64,000 nt of DNA from a virus: the IMG/VR virus record IMGVR_UViG_3300003430_000799. One strand, written 5' to 3'. Below are positions 1-10,325 of this stretch, in pieces (the stretch's first letter is position 1; the number at the start of each line of letters is the position of its first letter). The notes beneath the pieces were generated by a model. It made no database searches. It was not told where the DNA came from and saw only the letters and a program-made list of their open reading frames with translations. Made by a program: the position numbers and the translations under genes.

Positions 1-1517
1 TCAATTTCATCTTGAGAAAGACCTGATGATGACTCAATTCTAATTGTTTGTTTCTTATTTGTACCTTTGTCTTGAGCTGATACGTTAATAATACCATTTG
101 AATCAATGTCAAATGTAACTTCGATTTGAGGAATACCCCTCATTGATGGTGGAATACCATCCAAGTGAAATCTACCTATTGATTTGTTATCTTTAGCCAT
201 TGCTCTCTCACCTTGAAGTACGTGAATTTCAACAGATGGTTGATTATCTATAGCAGTTGAGAATATTTGAGACTTTTTAGTTGGAATTGTGGTGTTTGCC
301 TCAATTAATTTTGTAAATACACCACCCATTGTCTCAATTCCTAGTGAAAGTGGGGTAACATCCAATAAAAGTACATCTTTTACGTCACCAGCTAACACAC
401 CACCCTGAATTGCTGCTCCCAAAGCAACAACTTCATCAGGATTTACACCTTTTGATGGTTCTTTTCCGAAGAATTTCTTAACAGCCTCTTGAATTGCGGG
501 TATTCTTGTTGAACCTCCAACTAAAATTACCTCATCAATCTCTCCGATAGTAAGATTTGCGCTTGACATTGCTCTTTTACAAGGTTCAATAGTTCTTTCA
601 ACCAATTTGTCAATCAATTGTTCAAATTTGGCTCTTGTAAGTGTTTTTACAAGGTGTTTTGGTTGGTTATCAATGACCATAAAGTATGGTAAGTTGATTT
701 CAGTACTTTGAGATGATGAAAGTTCAATTTTAGCCCTTTCTGCGGCTTCTTTTAGTCGTTGTAATGACATAGAATCATCATTCCATCCCCCATTTTCATT
801 TTTAAATTCATTTGCTAACCAATCTACAATTGCTTGGTCAAAATCATCACCCCCAAGGTGTGTATCACCATCAGTTGACAATACTTCAAATACACCCCCA
901 CCCAATTCAAGGATAGACACGTCATGAGTACCACCACCACAGTCAAAAACAACGATTTTTGAGTCTTTGTTCTTCTTATCAAGACCATAAGCCAATGCTG
1001 CAGCCGTTGGTTCATTGATGATACGTCTTACATTCAACCCAGCAATCTCTCCAGCTTCCTTTGTTGCTTGTCTTTGAGCATCATTAAAGTATGCTGGAAC
1101 GGTAATTACTGCCTCAGTTACTGATTGACCCAAATAATCCTCAGCGGTTTGTTTCATCTTCTGTAATACCATAGCAGATATTTCTTGTGGGGAATATTCT
1201 TTACCATCTATATTCACTTTAGGTGTGTTATTTTTCCCTTTTACGACATTATATGGTACTCTCTTAACCTCAGACTTGATTTCGTCATAATTTGAGCCCA
1301 TAAATCGTTTAATTGAATACACAGTCTTGTCTGGATTTGTTACAGATTGTCTTTTAGCAGGGTCTCCAATCTTTCTTTCCCCTCCATCAATAAATCCAAC
1401 AATTGATGGGGTAGTTCGTTTACCTTCCGAATTGGTGATAATCACTGGTTCACCATTTTCCATAATTGCAACGCACGAATTTGTCGTACCTAAGTCAATT
1501 CCTAAAATTTTACTCAT
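1..1517 (-). CDS. dnaK: Hsp70 chaperone DnaK (3' end runs off window)
   Basis: Manual translation from ATG at 1517: [38 protein letters not shown]...[18 protein letters not shown]...[13 protein letters not shown]. Not in the ORF track because it is truncated. Confidence 0.97.
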   Translation of the reverse strand, partial: MSKILGIDLGTTNSCVAIMENGEPVIITNSEGKRTTPSIVGFIDGGERKIGDPAKRQSVTNPDKTVYSIKRFMGSNYDEIKSEVKRVPYNVVKGKNNTPKVNIDGKEYSPQEISAMVLQKMKQTAEDYLGQSVTEAVITVPAYFNDAQRQATKEAGEIAGLNVRRIINEPTAAALAYGLDKKNKDSKIVVFDCGGGTHDVSILELGGGVFEVLSTDGDTHLGGDDFDQAIVDWLANEFKNENGGWNDDSMSLQRLKEAAERAKIELSSSQSTEINLPYFMVIDNQPKHLVKTLTRAKFEQLIDKLVERTIEPCKRAMSSANLTIGEIDEVILVGGSTRIPAIQEAVKKFFGKEPSKGVNPDEVVALGAAIQGGVLAGDVKDVLLLDVTPLSLGIETMGGVFTKLIEANTTIPTKKSQIFSTAIDNQPSVEIHVLQGERAMAKDNKSIGRFHLDGIPPSMRGIPQIEVTFDIDSNGIINVSAQDKGTNKKQTIRIESSSGLSQDEI

Positions 1518-1612
1518 AATTTTTCTGTTTTTGTTTAATAATATATTTTATTTTTTATGGAGTCAATCCAAAATTTATATTTTAATGTATAAAAACAATA
1601 CCATAGTAAAAA

Positions 1613-1642
1613 TAACTGACAATTTGTCAGTTTTTATGACAA
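1613..1642. promoter_or_regulatory. Palindromic operator-like site AACTGACAA-T-TTGTCAGTT plus extra TGACA, between divergent dnaK and aaRS-like genes
   Basis: Perfect 9-bp inverted repeat; the TGACA half-site recurs at 23.3-24.9 kb. Confidence 0.5.
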
Positions 1643-1823
1643 ATTAAATTTTTTTTATAAAATTATTGTTTTTTTAAAAAATATGTTGTATTTATTCCTA
1701 AAACAAAATCAATGGGAACTAATCTAATCAACATAAATCAAATTTTATCTTACTAATCCTCCTATTATTAGGGGGATTTTTTTTATCATATAAATTAATA
1801 AACTAAAAACACTTTTTTAAAAA

Positions 1824-2657
1824 ATGAAAAACACTAAAATTTACAACGAATTGGTTCAAAAAATGAGAACCTTCTTCCAAGCTAAAGGTTTCTTAGAAGT
1901 ACCTACTCAATCAAGACTCTCTATCTTAGCCGCATGTGAAAATCCACATAGCATCACAACATTTGAGTATTCTAATGAGGTTTGGCCATTACCGCAGACT
2001 GGACAGATGTGGCTTGAGTACGAATTATTGAAAAATCCTGAATATCCTGGAGTATATTGTATCTCAACATCATATAGACAAGAGAAAACACCAATACCTG
2101 GAAGACATGATTTAATTTTTCCTATGTTTGAGGTTGAGACTAAAGGTACTAAAGAAGATATGGTTAAACTTCAAGCTGAAATGCTGGAATATCTTGGTTT
2201 TGATACACCAAAAGTTGTTGATTATAACCAACTATGTGAACATTATGGTACAGAAATCCTTGAGGCTGAACACGAAACAAAAATGTGGGATGAAATCGGT
2301 GATTCAATTTCTCTTCAAAATTTTCCATTGCGAACAAACCCATTCTGGAATATGCAAAAAGGTGATGGAGACAAATTCAACAAAGTTGACGTAATATTAT
2401 TTGGCCAAGAGACTATTGGTTCAGCAGAAAGAAGTTGTGATAAAGAAAGTATGAAAGAAATGTTCTACACAATTGAAGGTGGAAACTACGCTGGAAAACT
2501 TTTTGAATTATTTGGTAAGGAAAGAGTAGAAAAAGATTTGGAAGATTTCTTATCTTTGGACTTCTTCCCAAGATTTGGTTGGGGTTGTGGTATGACCAGA
2601 TTGGCAAGAGCATATGAACTTAATCTTCAAAAAAAACTTAGTCTAGACATCGCTTAA
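1824..2657 (+). CDS. Class IIb aminoacyl-tRNA synthetase-like catalytic domain (AsnRS/AspRS/EpmA-like) lacking the anticodon-binding domain
   Basis: Motif 1 FFQAKGFLEVPTQ, motif 2 SYRQEK..GRHDLIFPMFEVE, motif 3 PRFGWGCGMTRL; only 277 aa. Confidence 0.85.
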   Translation: MKNTKIYNELVQKMRTFFQAKGFLEVPTQSRLSILAACENPHSITTFEYSNEVWPLPQTGQMWLEYELLKNPEYPGVYCISTSYRQEKTPIPGRHDLIFPMFEVETKGTKEDMVKLQAEMLEYLGFDTPKVVDYNQLCEHYGTEILEAEHETKMWDEIGDSISLQNFPLRTNPFWNMQKGDGDKFNKVDVILFGQETIGSAERSCDKESMKEMFYTIEGGNYAGKLFELFGKERVEKDLEDFLSLDFFPRFGWGCGMTRLARAYELNLQKKLSLDIA

Positions 2658-2659
2658 TT

Positions 2660-2845
2660 ATGGCAAAAAAACAAAATCCTGAACCGATTAACACTGGAAC
2701 TACTAAATACGAGGTTGTTGTTGATGGGGATGATATTATTCAAATATGGAAATATGACAAAAGAATCAGTAAAACACCATATGAAATAGAAAATATCTAT
2801 AAAGGAGAACCAAAATTTAATAAATTAAAAAAGGGGTCGAAATAG
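2660..2845 (+). CDS. Hypothetical small protein
   Basis: ATG 2 nt after the upstream stop; ends in a terminator. Confidence 0.7.
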   Translation: MAKKQNPEPINTGTTKYEVVVDGDDIIQIWKYDKRISKTPYEIENIYKGEPKFNKLKKGSK

Positions 2846-2859
2846 ACCCCTTTTTTTTT
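2827..2859. terminator. Bidirectional intrinsic terminator
   Basis: A-run, GGGGTC-gaaata-GACCCC, T9; between convergent genes. Confidence 0.85.
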
Positions 2860-3536
2860 CACTCTTTTCCTTCTTTAGAAGAATATTTAACCCCCATTAT
2901 CGTTCCAATTATACTAAAAGCATTAGTTAAAAGAATACCTAACATATTTGACCAAGTTGAACCTATCATTTGAGTATCTTTATTTATCAATAAAGCTAAA
3001 ATATACATAAAAGTGGTGATAATTCCGATTGATATAATCACACCTAATGCAATTGTTACAATACTCCCAATTAATTCAGTTTGTTTTCTTTTTTGTATAA
3101 TATCTAAGTCATTTAGTGCTGTTTGTTTAGCACTTTCCGCCTCAATTCTTGCTATTTCTGACTTATCCATAGCTTCCTTGAGTTCCAAACTTATTCTTTC
3201 ATTATCTTCTTTCCAAGTAATTAGTTCTTGATTTTGAATTTCTAACGTTGATTTAGTACTTTCAACATCTAATAAGGTTTTTTGGAGTTCTTCCATTATT
3301 CTCTTATTTTCTGTATTCAAATCCTCAAGTTCTCTATTTTTTATTTGAATCTGTTTTGTAATCTCCAGACGTTTTTTCCTTGATTCTGAGTCTTTTTTCT
3401 TACAAGTGTCAATATATTCTTTAAATTCTGGGTCATCTGATGTGTCCAAAATTTTTAATATGTTTCCTTCTAATCCAACATCCTTTTTATTAAGGAGGTC
3501 AATTAATTCATTCTTAGTTTGTTTACAAATTTTCAT
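2859..3536 (-). CDS. Coiled-coil protein with two C-terminal TM helices, third gene of the two-component operon
   Basis: Heptad-rich middle and hydrophobic C-terminal helices; 4-nt overlap with the response regulator. Confidence 0.8.
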   Translation of the reverse strand: MKICKQTKNELIDLLNKKDVGLEGNILKILDTSDDPEFKEYIDTCKKKDSESRKKRLEITKQIQIKNRELEDLNTENKRIMEELQKTLLDVESTKSTLEIQNQELITWKEDNERISLELKEAMDKSEIARIEAESAKQTALNDLDIIQKRKQTELIGSIVTIALGVIISIGIITTFMYILALLINKDTQMIGSTWSNMLGILLTNAFSIIGTIMGVKYSSKEGKE

Positions 3537-3964
3537 GAGTATACTTTAAATGGGGCTGTTCTATTTTTATATCCCTCATAATCTTGTCTAAACGATTCTA
3601 ATCTAGGTTCAATATCATCAGATTTAATAATCCAAAATTGAGCTCCAGCTTGTAATGCTTTTGTTTGTTCTTCAGGTTCATTGGATGATGATATTATCCC
3701 AATAATAACGTGATTTCCAAACTCAAAATTTATTTTTCTTATAAGTTCAATACCATCAAATGATGAACCTATCAAATTTAAATCAACAAAAACACACTCA
3801 GGTTTCTTGTCTCCATTTTTATGCCACTTCTCAAATAGTTTTGCGGCTTCATCAGAACTCGTCAATGCCTTTAAAGACAAACTTATATCCAATAACGAAC
3901 AAGCATCTTCAAACACCAAATGGAACAAGTCCTCATCATCAATTAACATTAAAGATTCAATCAT
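3533..3964 (-). CDS. Single-domain response regulator (CheY-like receiver)
   Basis: LIDDED acidic pocket, VFVDLN phospho-Asp, ISSS, WIIK. Confidence 0.9.
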   Translation of the reverse strand: MIESLMLIDDEDLFHLVFEDACSLLDISLSLKALTSSDEAAKLFEKWHKNGDKKPECVFVDLNLIGSSFDGIELIRKINFEFGNHVIIGIISSSNEPEEQTKALQAGAQFWIIKSDDIEPRLESFRQDYEGYKNRTAPFKVYS

Positions 3965-3969
3965 TTTTT

Positions 3970-5730
3970 TTATTTTTCTAAGTTTATTTTGAATTTAGTA
4001 CCTATTTCATTTTTTTCACAAGAAACCTCAAATCCGTGTTCATTCAATATTGCAATACAAATATTTAAACCTAATCCAGTTCCACTTTCTTTTTGTCCTT
4101 CCTTCCTTGAATATGGTTTTGAATATTTTATAAAATCTTCTTGAGTTAATCCTCGACCATTATCCTGAATAATTAAATAATTACCCTCCATTTGGACTGT
4201 CACTAACTTTGTATTTGAATCATTATATTTTAATCCATTACGAATTAAGTTATCTATTGCTGTACAAAATAATGGTTCATTTACTTCTTTCTCAATTAAT
4301 GAATGTATTTTAACCTGACTTTTGTATGATGTGGTTGATAAGAAATTATCAAGTATTTTCTTGAGGTCGCAATTTTTGACGTTTAATACTGAATCTTTTT
4401 TAACTAAATTTGTAAATTCATAAACACCATTATACACTTTTTGAGTATGTGTCAACCCATCCTTTAACATTTTGAATGGTGCGGTTATTTTTAATTCCTC
4501 CATTTGTTCTGGAGTTAATCTTCGTTCTAACGAATTAATTCCTCTAGGGATATATGTATTGATACCTGAGTGCATATCGTGTCTTAGAATCTTTGCTGCA
4601 TGCTCTAAATAGGTGTTCTTTTTCTCTATTTCAATATTTTGTTTAATGATTTCGGTTACATCATATCTGATTGAACGATACCCTTTAAGATTACCCTTTT
4701 CATCAAAATCAGCTTTAATAAATGAATCAACCCAATACAAATCACCATTTTTACTTTTGTTCGTTATTACATCATTCCATATTTTTTTCTGTTTTACTAC
4801 AACATTATACATTTCTTTCCAAAATTCTTTTGGATGTAAATTAGAACTTACAATATTGTGGTCTTTACCTATGGTTTCTCCCATTTTCCACCCTGAAACT
4901 TCTTCAAATCTTTTGTTAACATAAGTTATCCTACCTTTTTTATCCGCATTTGAAACTAATACTGAATTATCTACAAAGTTTTCAAACTCTTTTAATTCTT
5001 CTTGTGCTTTTTTAGTCTCCATAATTGAATATGTAAAAGAATATATTGACGCAATAACTTGTCCAAAATTTATTTCAATTTGTAACCAATCTCTTACCTT
5101 TAAATTCTCAAAACAAAATACTCCAATAACTTCACCACGATAAATTATTGGTACATCTAAAATAGATTTTATTTTATTTGGTCTTAAATAAGATTCAGTA
5201 AAACAAGAAGTTGCTTCGTGTTTCTCAGCATTATTGGCAACAATGATTGGGTCAATTTCTAAATGATTAAAATATGGTAAAAAATCTTTTTTATTTAAAA
5301 AAATACCTTCATCCCATATTTTATCGTTTTTTATATATAATTGTTTACAAATTATGGAACTTTTATTCTTACCATATAACCAAATTGAAACTCTATCAAC
5401 ATTTAGTACTTCAGAAATCTTTTTAGTTAAAAGTTTTCCACCCTCATTTATATTACCTTGGTAGAATAATGGATTGTGAGACTCCTCAATTATTAATTCA
5501 TTTAGTTTGTTTGAATATCTGTTGTGGTTTGTAACTAACTTTAGTTTTCTGGTGTAAACGTTTCCTAAATAACAGAATAAGGGAAATAAAAATATTAAAC
5601 TGAAAATTTCTAAAATACTCAAATAAGTTGATATCTCTTTTGGTGAAACAAGAGAAATAAGATTTATTATAACGAACAGAAACATTATAAAAAATGAAAA
5701 GTAAATAGTTCTTTTAACTTTGAATGACAT
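3970..5730 (-). CDS. Membrane sensor histidine kinase (2TM-GAF-PAS-HisKA-HATPase)
   Basis: DRVSIWLY/LDVPII GAF; ITYVNKRFEEVSGW PAS; LRHDMHS H-box; NLIRNGLKY, QDNGRG, GTGLGL boxes; start taken at ATG 5730. Confidence 0.9.
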   Translation of the reverse strand: MSFKVKRTIYFSFFIMFLFVIINLISLVSPKEISTYLSILEIFSLIFLFPLFCYLGNVYTRKLKLVTNHNRYSNKLNELIIEESHNPLFYQGNINEGGKLLTKKISEVLNVDRVSIWLYGKNKSSIICKQLYIKNDKIWDEGIFLNKKDFLPYFNHLEIDPIIVANNAEKHEATSCFTESYLRPNKIKSILDVPIIYRGEVIGVFCFENLKVRDWLQIEINFGQVIASIYSFTYSIMETKKAQEELKEFENFVDNSVLVSNADKKGRITYVNKRFEEVSGWKMGETIGKDHNIVSSNLHPKEFWKEMYNVVVKQKKIWNDVITNKSKNGDLYWVDSFIKADFDEKGNLKGYRSIRYDVTEIIKQNIEIEKKNTYLEHAAKILRHDMHSGINTYIPRGINSLERRLTPEQMEELKITAPFKMLKDGLTHTQKVYNGVYEFTNLVKKDSVLNVKNCDLKKILDNFLSTTSYKSQVKIHSLIEKEVNEPLFCTAIDNLIRNGLKYNDSNTKLVTVQMEGNYLIIQDNGRGLTQEDFIKYSKPYSRKEGQKESGTGLGLNICIAILNEHGFEVSCEKNEIGTKFKINLEK

Positions 5731-5803
5731 TTTTAAAAAAATTAACAATAATAAATATCAGATTTGTTATGATTGTTAGTATTTATTTTAAAAATATAAA
5801 ACT

Positions 5804-6604
5804 ATGTTAAAAATTGGTTCACAAGGAGCTTTAGTAAAACTCCTACAAGAAAAATTGGGGGTAACTGCCGATGGTATATTCGGTCCTGGTACTGAAAAAG
5901 TACTAAAAGAATGGCAATCTAAGAATGGGTTAGTTGCCGATGGTATTGCAGGTCAAGTGACTTTGGGTAAAATGGGAATTGAAATACCCACAGTCAAAAA
6001 AGAACCATTAAAATTGGAGAAACTTAAAGGTCACGTACCTCAAAATGTGATTGACGAGATTGGTTTAATTGCTGAAAAATTTAACCTCATCACAAATCTT
6101 CGTTTGGCACATTTCTTAGCTCAATGTTCTCACGAGTCAGGTAATTTCAAAGCGGTATCAGAAAATTTAAACTATTCAAAAGATGGTTTGATGAAAATCT
6201 TCGGTGGATATTTCCCTGGTAACTTAGCTGAATCTTATGCTCACCAACCTGAGAAAATTGCATCTCGTGTTTATGGAAGTAGGATGGGTAATGGTGATGA
6301 AACGTCAAAAGAAGGATGGAAATTCAGAGGCCGTGGCTACATTCAACTTACAGGTAAACAAAATTATGAAATCTTCTCAAAATTCATTGGTGAAGATTGT
6401 GTCGTAAATCCTGATTTGGTGGCAACTAAATACCCACTTGGTTCTGCTGCGTTCTTTTTCAACAATGTAGGTCTTTGGCCTATGTGTGATGAAGGTTCAA
6501 CAGATGATGTTGTAACAAAAGTAACAAGAAGAGTGAATGGTGGAACAAATGGTTTAGCTCATCGTTTACAAGAATTTAAAAAATTTAATAGTTTATTATC
6601 TTAA
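5804..6604 (+). CDS. Endolysin: PG-binding domain plus GH19 lysozyme/chitinase
   Basis: ADGIFGPGT PG_binding_1 repeats; AHFLAQCSHESGNF, FRGRGYIQLTG, TRRVNGGTNGL. Confidence 0.92.
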   Translation: MLKIGSQGALVKLLQEKLGVTADGIFGPGTEKVLKEWQSKNGLVADGIAGQVTLGKMGIEIPTVKKEPLKLEKLKGHVPQNVIDEIGLIAEKFNLITNLRLAHFLAQCSHESGNFKAVSENLNYSKDGLMKIFGGYFPGNLAESYAHQPEKIASRVYGSRMGNGDETSKEGWKFRGRGYIQLTGKQNYEIFSKFIGEDCVVNPDLVATKYPLGSAAFFFNNVGLWPMCDEGSTDDVVTKVTRRVNGGTNGLAHRLQEFKKFNSLLS

Positions 6605-6635
6605 AAAATAACCCCCAATAAATGGGGGTTTTTTT
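6604..6635. terminator. Bidirectional terminator
   Basis: AACCCCCA/TGGGGGTT stem with A and T tails. Confidence 0.85.
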
Positions 6636-7356
6636 ATATGAATTCTAATTCATTTGTTGTTGGATTCCAATCAATTGTAAGTGGTTTATTACTATAAGCA
6701 TATTGTTCATTAAGAACTGATGCGTTTATGTAATGAGTATCACCATCAAAAGTATAACCATAACCAGTATGAATATGACCACAAACGTGAATTTTTGGTT
6801 TTATCTCTTTAATTCTTTTAGTCAATAGTTCACACCCAAGATGGTCAGTTCTACCAATTACTTTATCTAGGTAACCATAAGCTGGTCCGTGAGTGATTAA
6901 GATGTCAGTATCAGTTGGAATATTATTCCATCTACGTTTCAGTTCCTCACCTTTTCTTGGTAGATTAAATGCCCAATCAAAGAATTCTGGTTGCCAAGGA
7001 CTACCATATATCTTCACTGGGTTTTCATCCCCAATTTGGACTTCTACTGAATTATCTCTTAGGTATTCAAAGTTCTTATAGGTATTTAATATTTCTTCGG
7101 TAGATTTGGGGATTAGGACACTTCTATGAACAAAGAATGGCTCTCTATCTATGAAACCCCAATCGTGATTACCTGCAATGAACATTTTGAAGTCATAATT
7201 TTCCAAACTATTATACCACTCACAAAAATCTTCAATTTCGTGTTTATAACCCATTGAAGATATATCCCCAGCGTGGATTAATAAATTTCCACCAATTAAG
7301 TCATCAGTGATTAATTTGTGTTTGGAGTGTGTGTCAGATATAAATGTAATTTTCAT
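6634..7356 (-). CDS. Calcineurin-like metallophosphoesterase
   Basis: ISDTH, HAGD, AGNHD, THGP, CGHIH. Confidence 0.92.
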   Translation of the reverse strand: MKITFISDTHSKHKLITDDLIGGNLLIHAGDISSMGYKHEIEDFCEWYNSLENYDFKMFIAGNHDWGFIDREPFFVHRSVLIPKSTEEILNTYKNFEYLRDNSVEVQIGDENPVKIYGSPWQPEFFDWAFNLPRKGEELKRRWNNIPTDTDILITHGPAYGYLDKVIGRTDHLGCELLTKRIKEIKPKIHVCGHIHTGYGYTFDGDTHYINASVLNEQYAYSNKPLTIDWNPTTNELEFI

Positions 7357-7405
7357 TTTTACTTTTTTTTCAAAGATAGTTATATTTATGATAAAAACAA
7401 ACTTT

Positions 7406-8413
7406 ATGAAAAAAATAATAAGATTAACTGAAAATGATTTAATAAAATTAGTTAAACGTGTGATATTTGAACAAGAAAAACCTATAGCGTATGGACCTAC
7501 AGTACTTCAACTTTATTGTGAAGGTGGTAAAGGATTAGTCACACCTGATACAATGACAACACTTAAAATTGAAATTGATAAAAATACAAATTTAAAATAT
7601 AATGGAAAAAAACCAGGTCCTTTAAAGGAAGGATATGGGGATGGATTAACCATAGCGATAAAAGATAATTCTCAAGTTTTAAAAGATTATTTAATGGTAT
7701 CACTTGGGCTTTCTTTTGGTACAATTATCAGAAACGTAAGAAAAAGAGATGGTTTACCACTTGACCCTGAAGAAAAACGAGAATTCAACACAAGATTTAA
7801 TACTTTAAGAGATAAATTTAGGTCTAATTTTCCTGGCTTACCAGCAGAACCAACAACTGACGATATAAATCATATTATTGAAGATGATTTACCAAAGTAT
7901 AATGTTGAACAAATTAATAGATTAATCAAAAATATTCAAAATTTTAAATCTGAAATTGTAAAATTTGTAGAAAATGAACTAAAATTAGGTAATAATGTTT
8001 CATTTCCTTCTGTAGATAATGTATCATTGAATAATTTAAAATTAAATGAAAAGGTATTTGTTTCAGCAGATTTTTCTATTGATAAAAATAGGATTGGTAA
8101 GACAGAAGAAGAAAACAGAAAAAAACTTTTAGATGCACTTTGTAGTACATTTAAAAAATTCATAAATAGTGGAGGAATAACGCAAAACGGAATTGTTACT
8201 ATTCCTTCTATTGAGTATTTAATAACAATTAATCCACAACTAGACACCATAATAAGAAGTATTAATAAAGATTTAAATGTGTCAGGGTCACTTACAGCAC
8301 CAATTCCAAAATTGGTTTCAGATTTAAAACTTAAATATGATAGAGTTTTAATTAACGTTACTACGATAAGTCCGCCTAGAGTTGGTGAACCTAAAACAAT
8401 TCAATTAGGATAA
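7406..8413 (+). CDS. Hypothetical protein with MKKIIRLTENDL leader
   Basis: Start reassigned to ATG 7406, downstream of TATTTAT at 7383. Confidence 0.8.
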   Translation: MKKIIRLTENDLIKLVKRVIFEQEKPIAYGPTVLQLYCEGGKGLVTPDTMTTLKIEIDKNTNLKYNGKKPGPLKEGYGDGLTIAIKDNSQVLKDYLMVSLGLSFGTIIRNVRKRDGLPLDPEEKREFNTRFNTLRDKFRSNFPGLPAEPTTDDINHIIEDDLPKYNVEQINRLIKNIQNFKSEIVKFVENELKLGNNVSFPSVDNVSLNNLKLNEKVFVSADFSIDKNRIGKTEEENRKKLLDALCSTFKKFINSGGITQNGIVTIPSIEYLITINPQLDTIIRSINKDLNVSGSLTAPIPKLVSDLKLKYDRVLINVTTISPPRVGEPKTIQLG

Positions 8414-8447
8414 AAAAAACACTACGGAAACGTAGTGTTTTTTTTTT
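8412..8447. terminator. Bidirectional terminator
   Basis: A8-CACTACG-gaaa-CGTAGTG-T10. Confidence 0.9.
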
Positions 8448-9186
8448 ACCATTCTTTTTTATTGATAATGTTTAAATCGTTATTTGAAAAAACGAAAGAA
8501 AATGCTTCATTTTTAACAATATTATTTCTAAAATTTTTATTTGGTAGTGATTCTGACATTGAATTCATAAATTGATAATCAATCCAAAGATTTATCATAT
8601 CTTGATTATCACTAATATTGTATAAATTTTTTTGATTATCAGATAATGAATTGAACCATTTCAATGTGGAATTTAAAGTTTTTTCTCCTATATAGTCAAA
8701 ATTAAATTCAACCGAAGTTATCAAACCATCATAGTACACAATCTCAACTCTGAAATCTTGATTTGTTGTGTATTGTATAATACTATCAAATTCAAAAAAA
8801 CCATATCCACTATAAAAATTTAAACGATTATCTTTTTCTAAAAATACTTCAAAATTTGTATTTTTAAAAGTTATTTTACTAGGATTTTTATAATTGTCTA
8901 ATACTAAATCATTAGAATACTCACTAACAAAATTATTTAAACTAAACATAGTTAAATCTTCATTGGAGAAATACTCACTTTTTGATGTTGGTAATCTATT
9001 ACCTTCAACAACGTATACTTTGTTTGTTTTTATTTTATTATCAGATGGAATTAAAACAGAATCTTTAATTCTATCTCTCTCAAGTAAATCAACATATTTA
9101 ACTGAAATATAACCATCATTGTATACCATTTGTGAAAATGAAATTAATGGTAGAAGACAAAGTAGGAATAAAATTGTGTTTTTCAT
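8446..9186 (-). CDS. Secreted hypothetical protein (signal peptide MKNTILFLLCLLPLISFSQ)
   Basis: Start reassigned to 9186 (9204 is an alternative), downstream of a Bacteroidota-type promoter. Confidence 0.7.
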   Translation of the reverse strand: MKNTILFLLCLLPLISFSQMVYNDGYISVKYVDLLERDRIKDSVLIPSDNKIKTNKVYVVEGNRLPTSKSEYFSNEDLTMFSLNNFVSEYSNDLVLDNYKNPSKITFKNTNFEVFLEKDNRLNFYSGYGFFEFDSIIQYTTNQDFRVEIVYYDGLITSVEFNFDYIGEKTLNSTLKWFNSLSDNQKNLYNISDNQDMINLWIDYQFMNSMSESLPNKNFRNNIVKNEAFSFVFSNNDLNIINKKEW

Positions 9187-9219
9187 TGTAGTGTTGTTTT
9201 TCATATGATTTAATAAGTA

Positions 9220-9250
9220 CAAAAGTACAATTCTATTTTCTATTTCCAAA
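9220..9250 (-). promoter_or_regulatory. Bacteroidota sigma70-type promoter
   Basis: Minus strand TTTG-N19-TACTTTTG. Confidence 0.7.
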
Positions 9251-9277
9251 ACATTAGGAGTTTTTTTAAAAAAAAAT

Positions 9278-9835
9278 TTAATCCCACCATCCACGCATTC
9301 CTGTTCCATCAAAAATATCATCCCAATTCCCTTCATTTTCATAAACACTTGGGTGTTGACCTTTCAAAATATCCCAAAGTTCATTCCACTCCTGCTCTTC
9401 TAGTTCTCTAATTCTAGCAAAATATCTATTTTTGAACTCTTTTTCTTCTTCAGAATCTTTATCAACCATTTCCAAGAAACCTGGTTTATCTTCAAGAGGT
9501 ATAAAATCATAATTAAACCCACTCAAACCTCTTCCCATTTCTTTTTCAACGATATCAAAATATCTATCTTCACGTATGTTTTTAATTATCTCAGTAGCAC
9601 GTCTCATTTTAGCTACTTTCTTCATTCTACTGTGTTGAATTTCGATACCTTTTTTTTCAACACCATTAGCGATATCATCAACACCAATTTCAATGAAATC
9701 TAATGTACCACTATAGTCCCACCAGTGATGATTCCACAGAGCTTTTCTGAATTTGTATATATTCCTAAAGAAATTAGGTAAATCTCGCATTAAAAATCGT
9801 TTGGCTCTTCCAAACCAAGTATAACTATATCCCAT
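9278..9835 (-). CDS. Hypothetical protein
   Basis: 185-aa ORF, coding-like composition. Confidence 0.75.
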   Translation of the reverse strand: MGYSYTWFGRAKRFLMRDLPNFFRNIYKFRKALWNHHWWDYSGTLDFIEIGVDDIANGVEKKGIEIQHSRMKKVAKMRRATEIIKNIREDRYFDIVEKEMGRGLSGFNYDFIPLEDKPGFLEMVDKDSEEEKEFKNRYFARIRELEEQEWNELWDILKGQHPSVYENEGNWDDIFDGTGMRGWWD

Positions 9836-9849
9836 ATGATTTAATTTTA

Positions 9850-10104
9850 TTAAAATAAGAAAAATTGTGACGAACCGAAAAGAGTTGATTTCCCTTTTCT
9901 CTTAAATGAAATCATTTTTGATTTCTTTTCCTTTTCAAAGTTAGAATTGAAAGTTGAGATGTGTTTTGAATTCATATTCATTTTCCATTTCTTCAAATAT
10001 AACTCAAATAACTTAATAGTAGTTTCAATTTGTGAATTATTTTCACAAGAATCCAATACTTTCATTATCCAAGTAAATTCTTTTAATGATTCGTTACTCA
10101 ACAT
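9850..10104 (-). CDS. Hypothetical protein
   Basis: Tightly packed ORF. Confidence 0.7.
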   Translation of the reverse strand: MLSNESLKEFTWIMKVLDSCENNSQIETTIKLFELYLKKWKMNMNSKHISTFNSNFEKEKKSKMISFKRKGKSTLFGSSQFFLF

Positions 10105-10105
10105 T

Positions 10106-10291
10106 TTATTTTTTATTATTGGGGTTATTAAATTTGTTTAAAATATTATTAACATTATATAAATCAGTAACACCATTTGATTTCAATAATTTTTGAAATA
10201 AAGGTTTACCAAATTTAAAGACCAAATAAGCAATATAGATTGAAATGGTTAGCCAAACAACACCAACCAAAGACCAAATAATTTCAGACAT
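10106..10291 (-). CDS. Small membrane protein
   Basis: N-terminal TM helix. Confidence 0.65.
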   Translation of the reverse strand: MSEIIWSLVGVVWLTISIYIAYLVFKFGKPLFQKLLKSNGVTDLYNVNNILNKFNNPNNKK

Positions 10292-10325
10292 AATTCTAAT
10301 TTTAATCTAAGATATGAAATTAGAA

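Noticed and set aside
824-1647. ORF-track entries 824..1015 and 1327..1647
   Set aside because: Off-frame and antisense shadows of dnaK.
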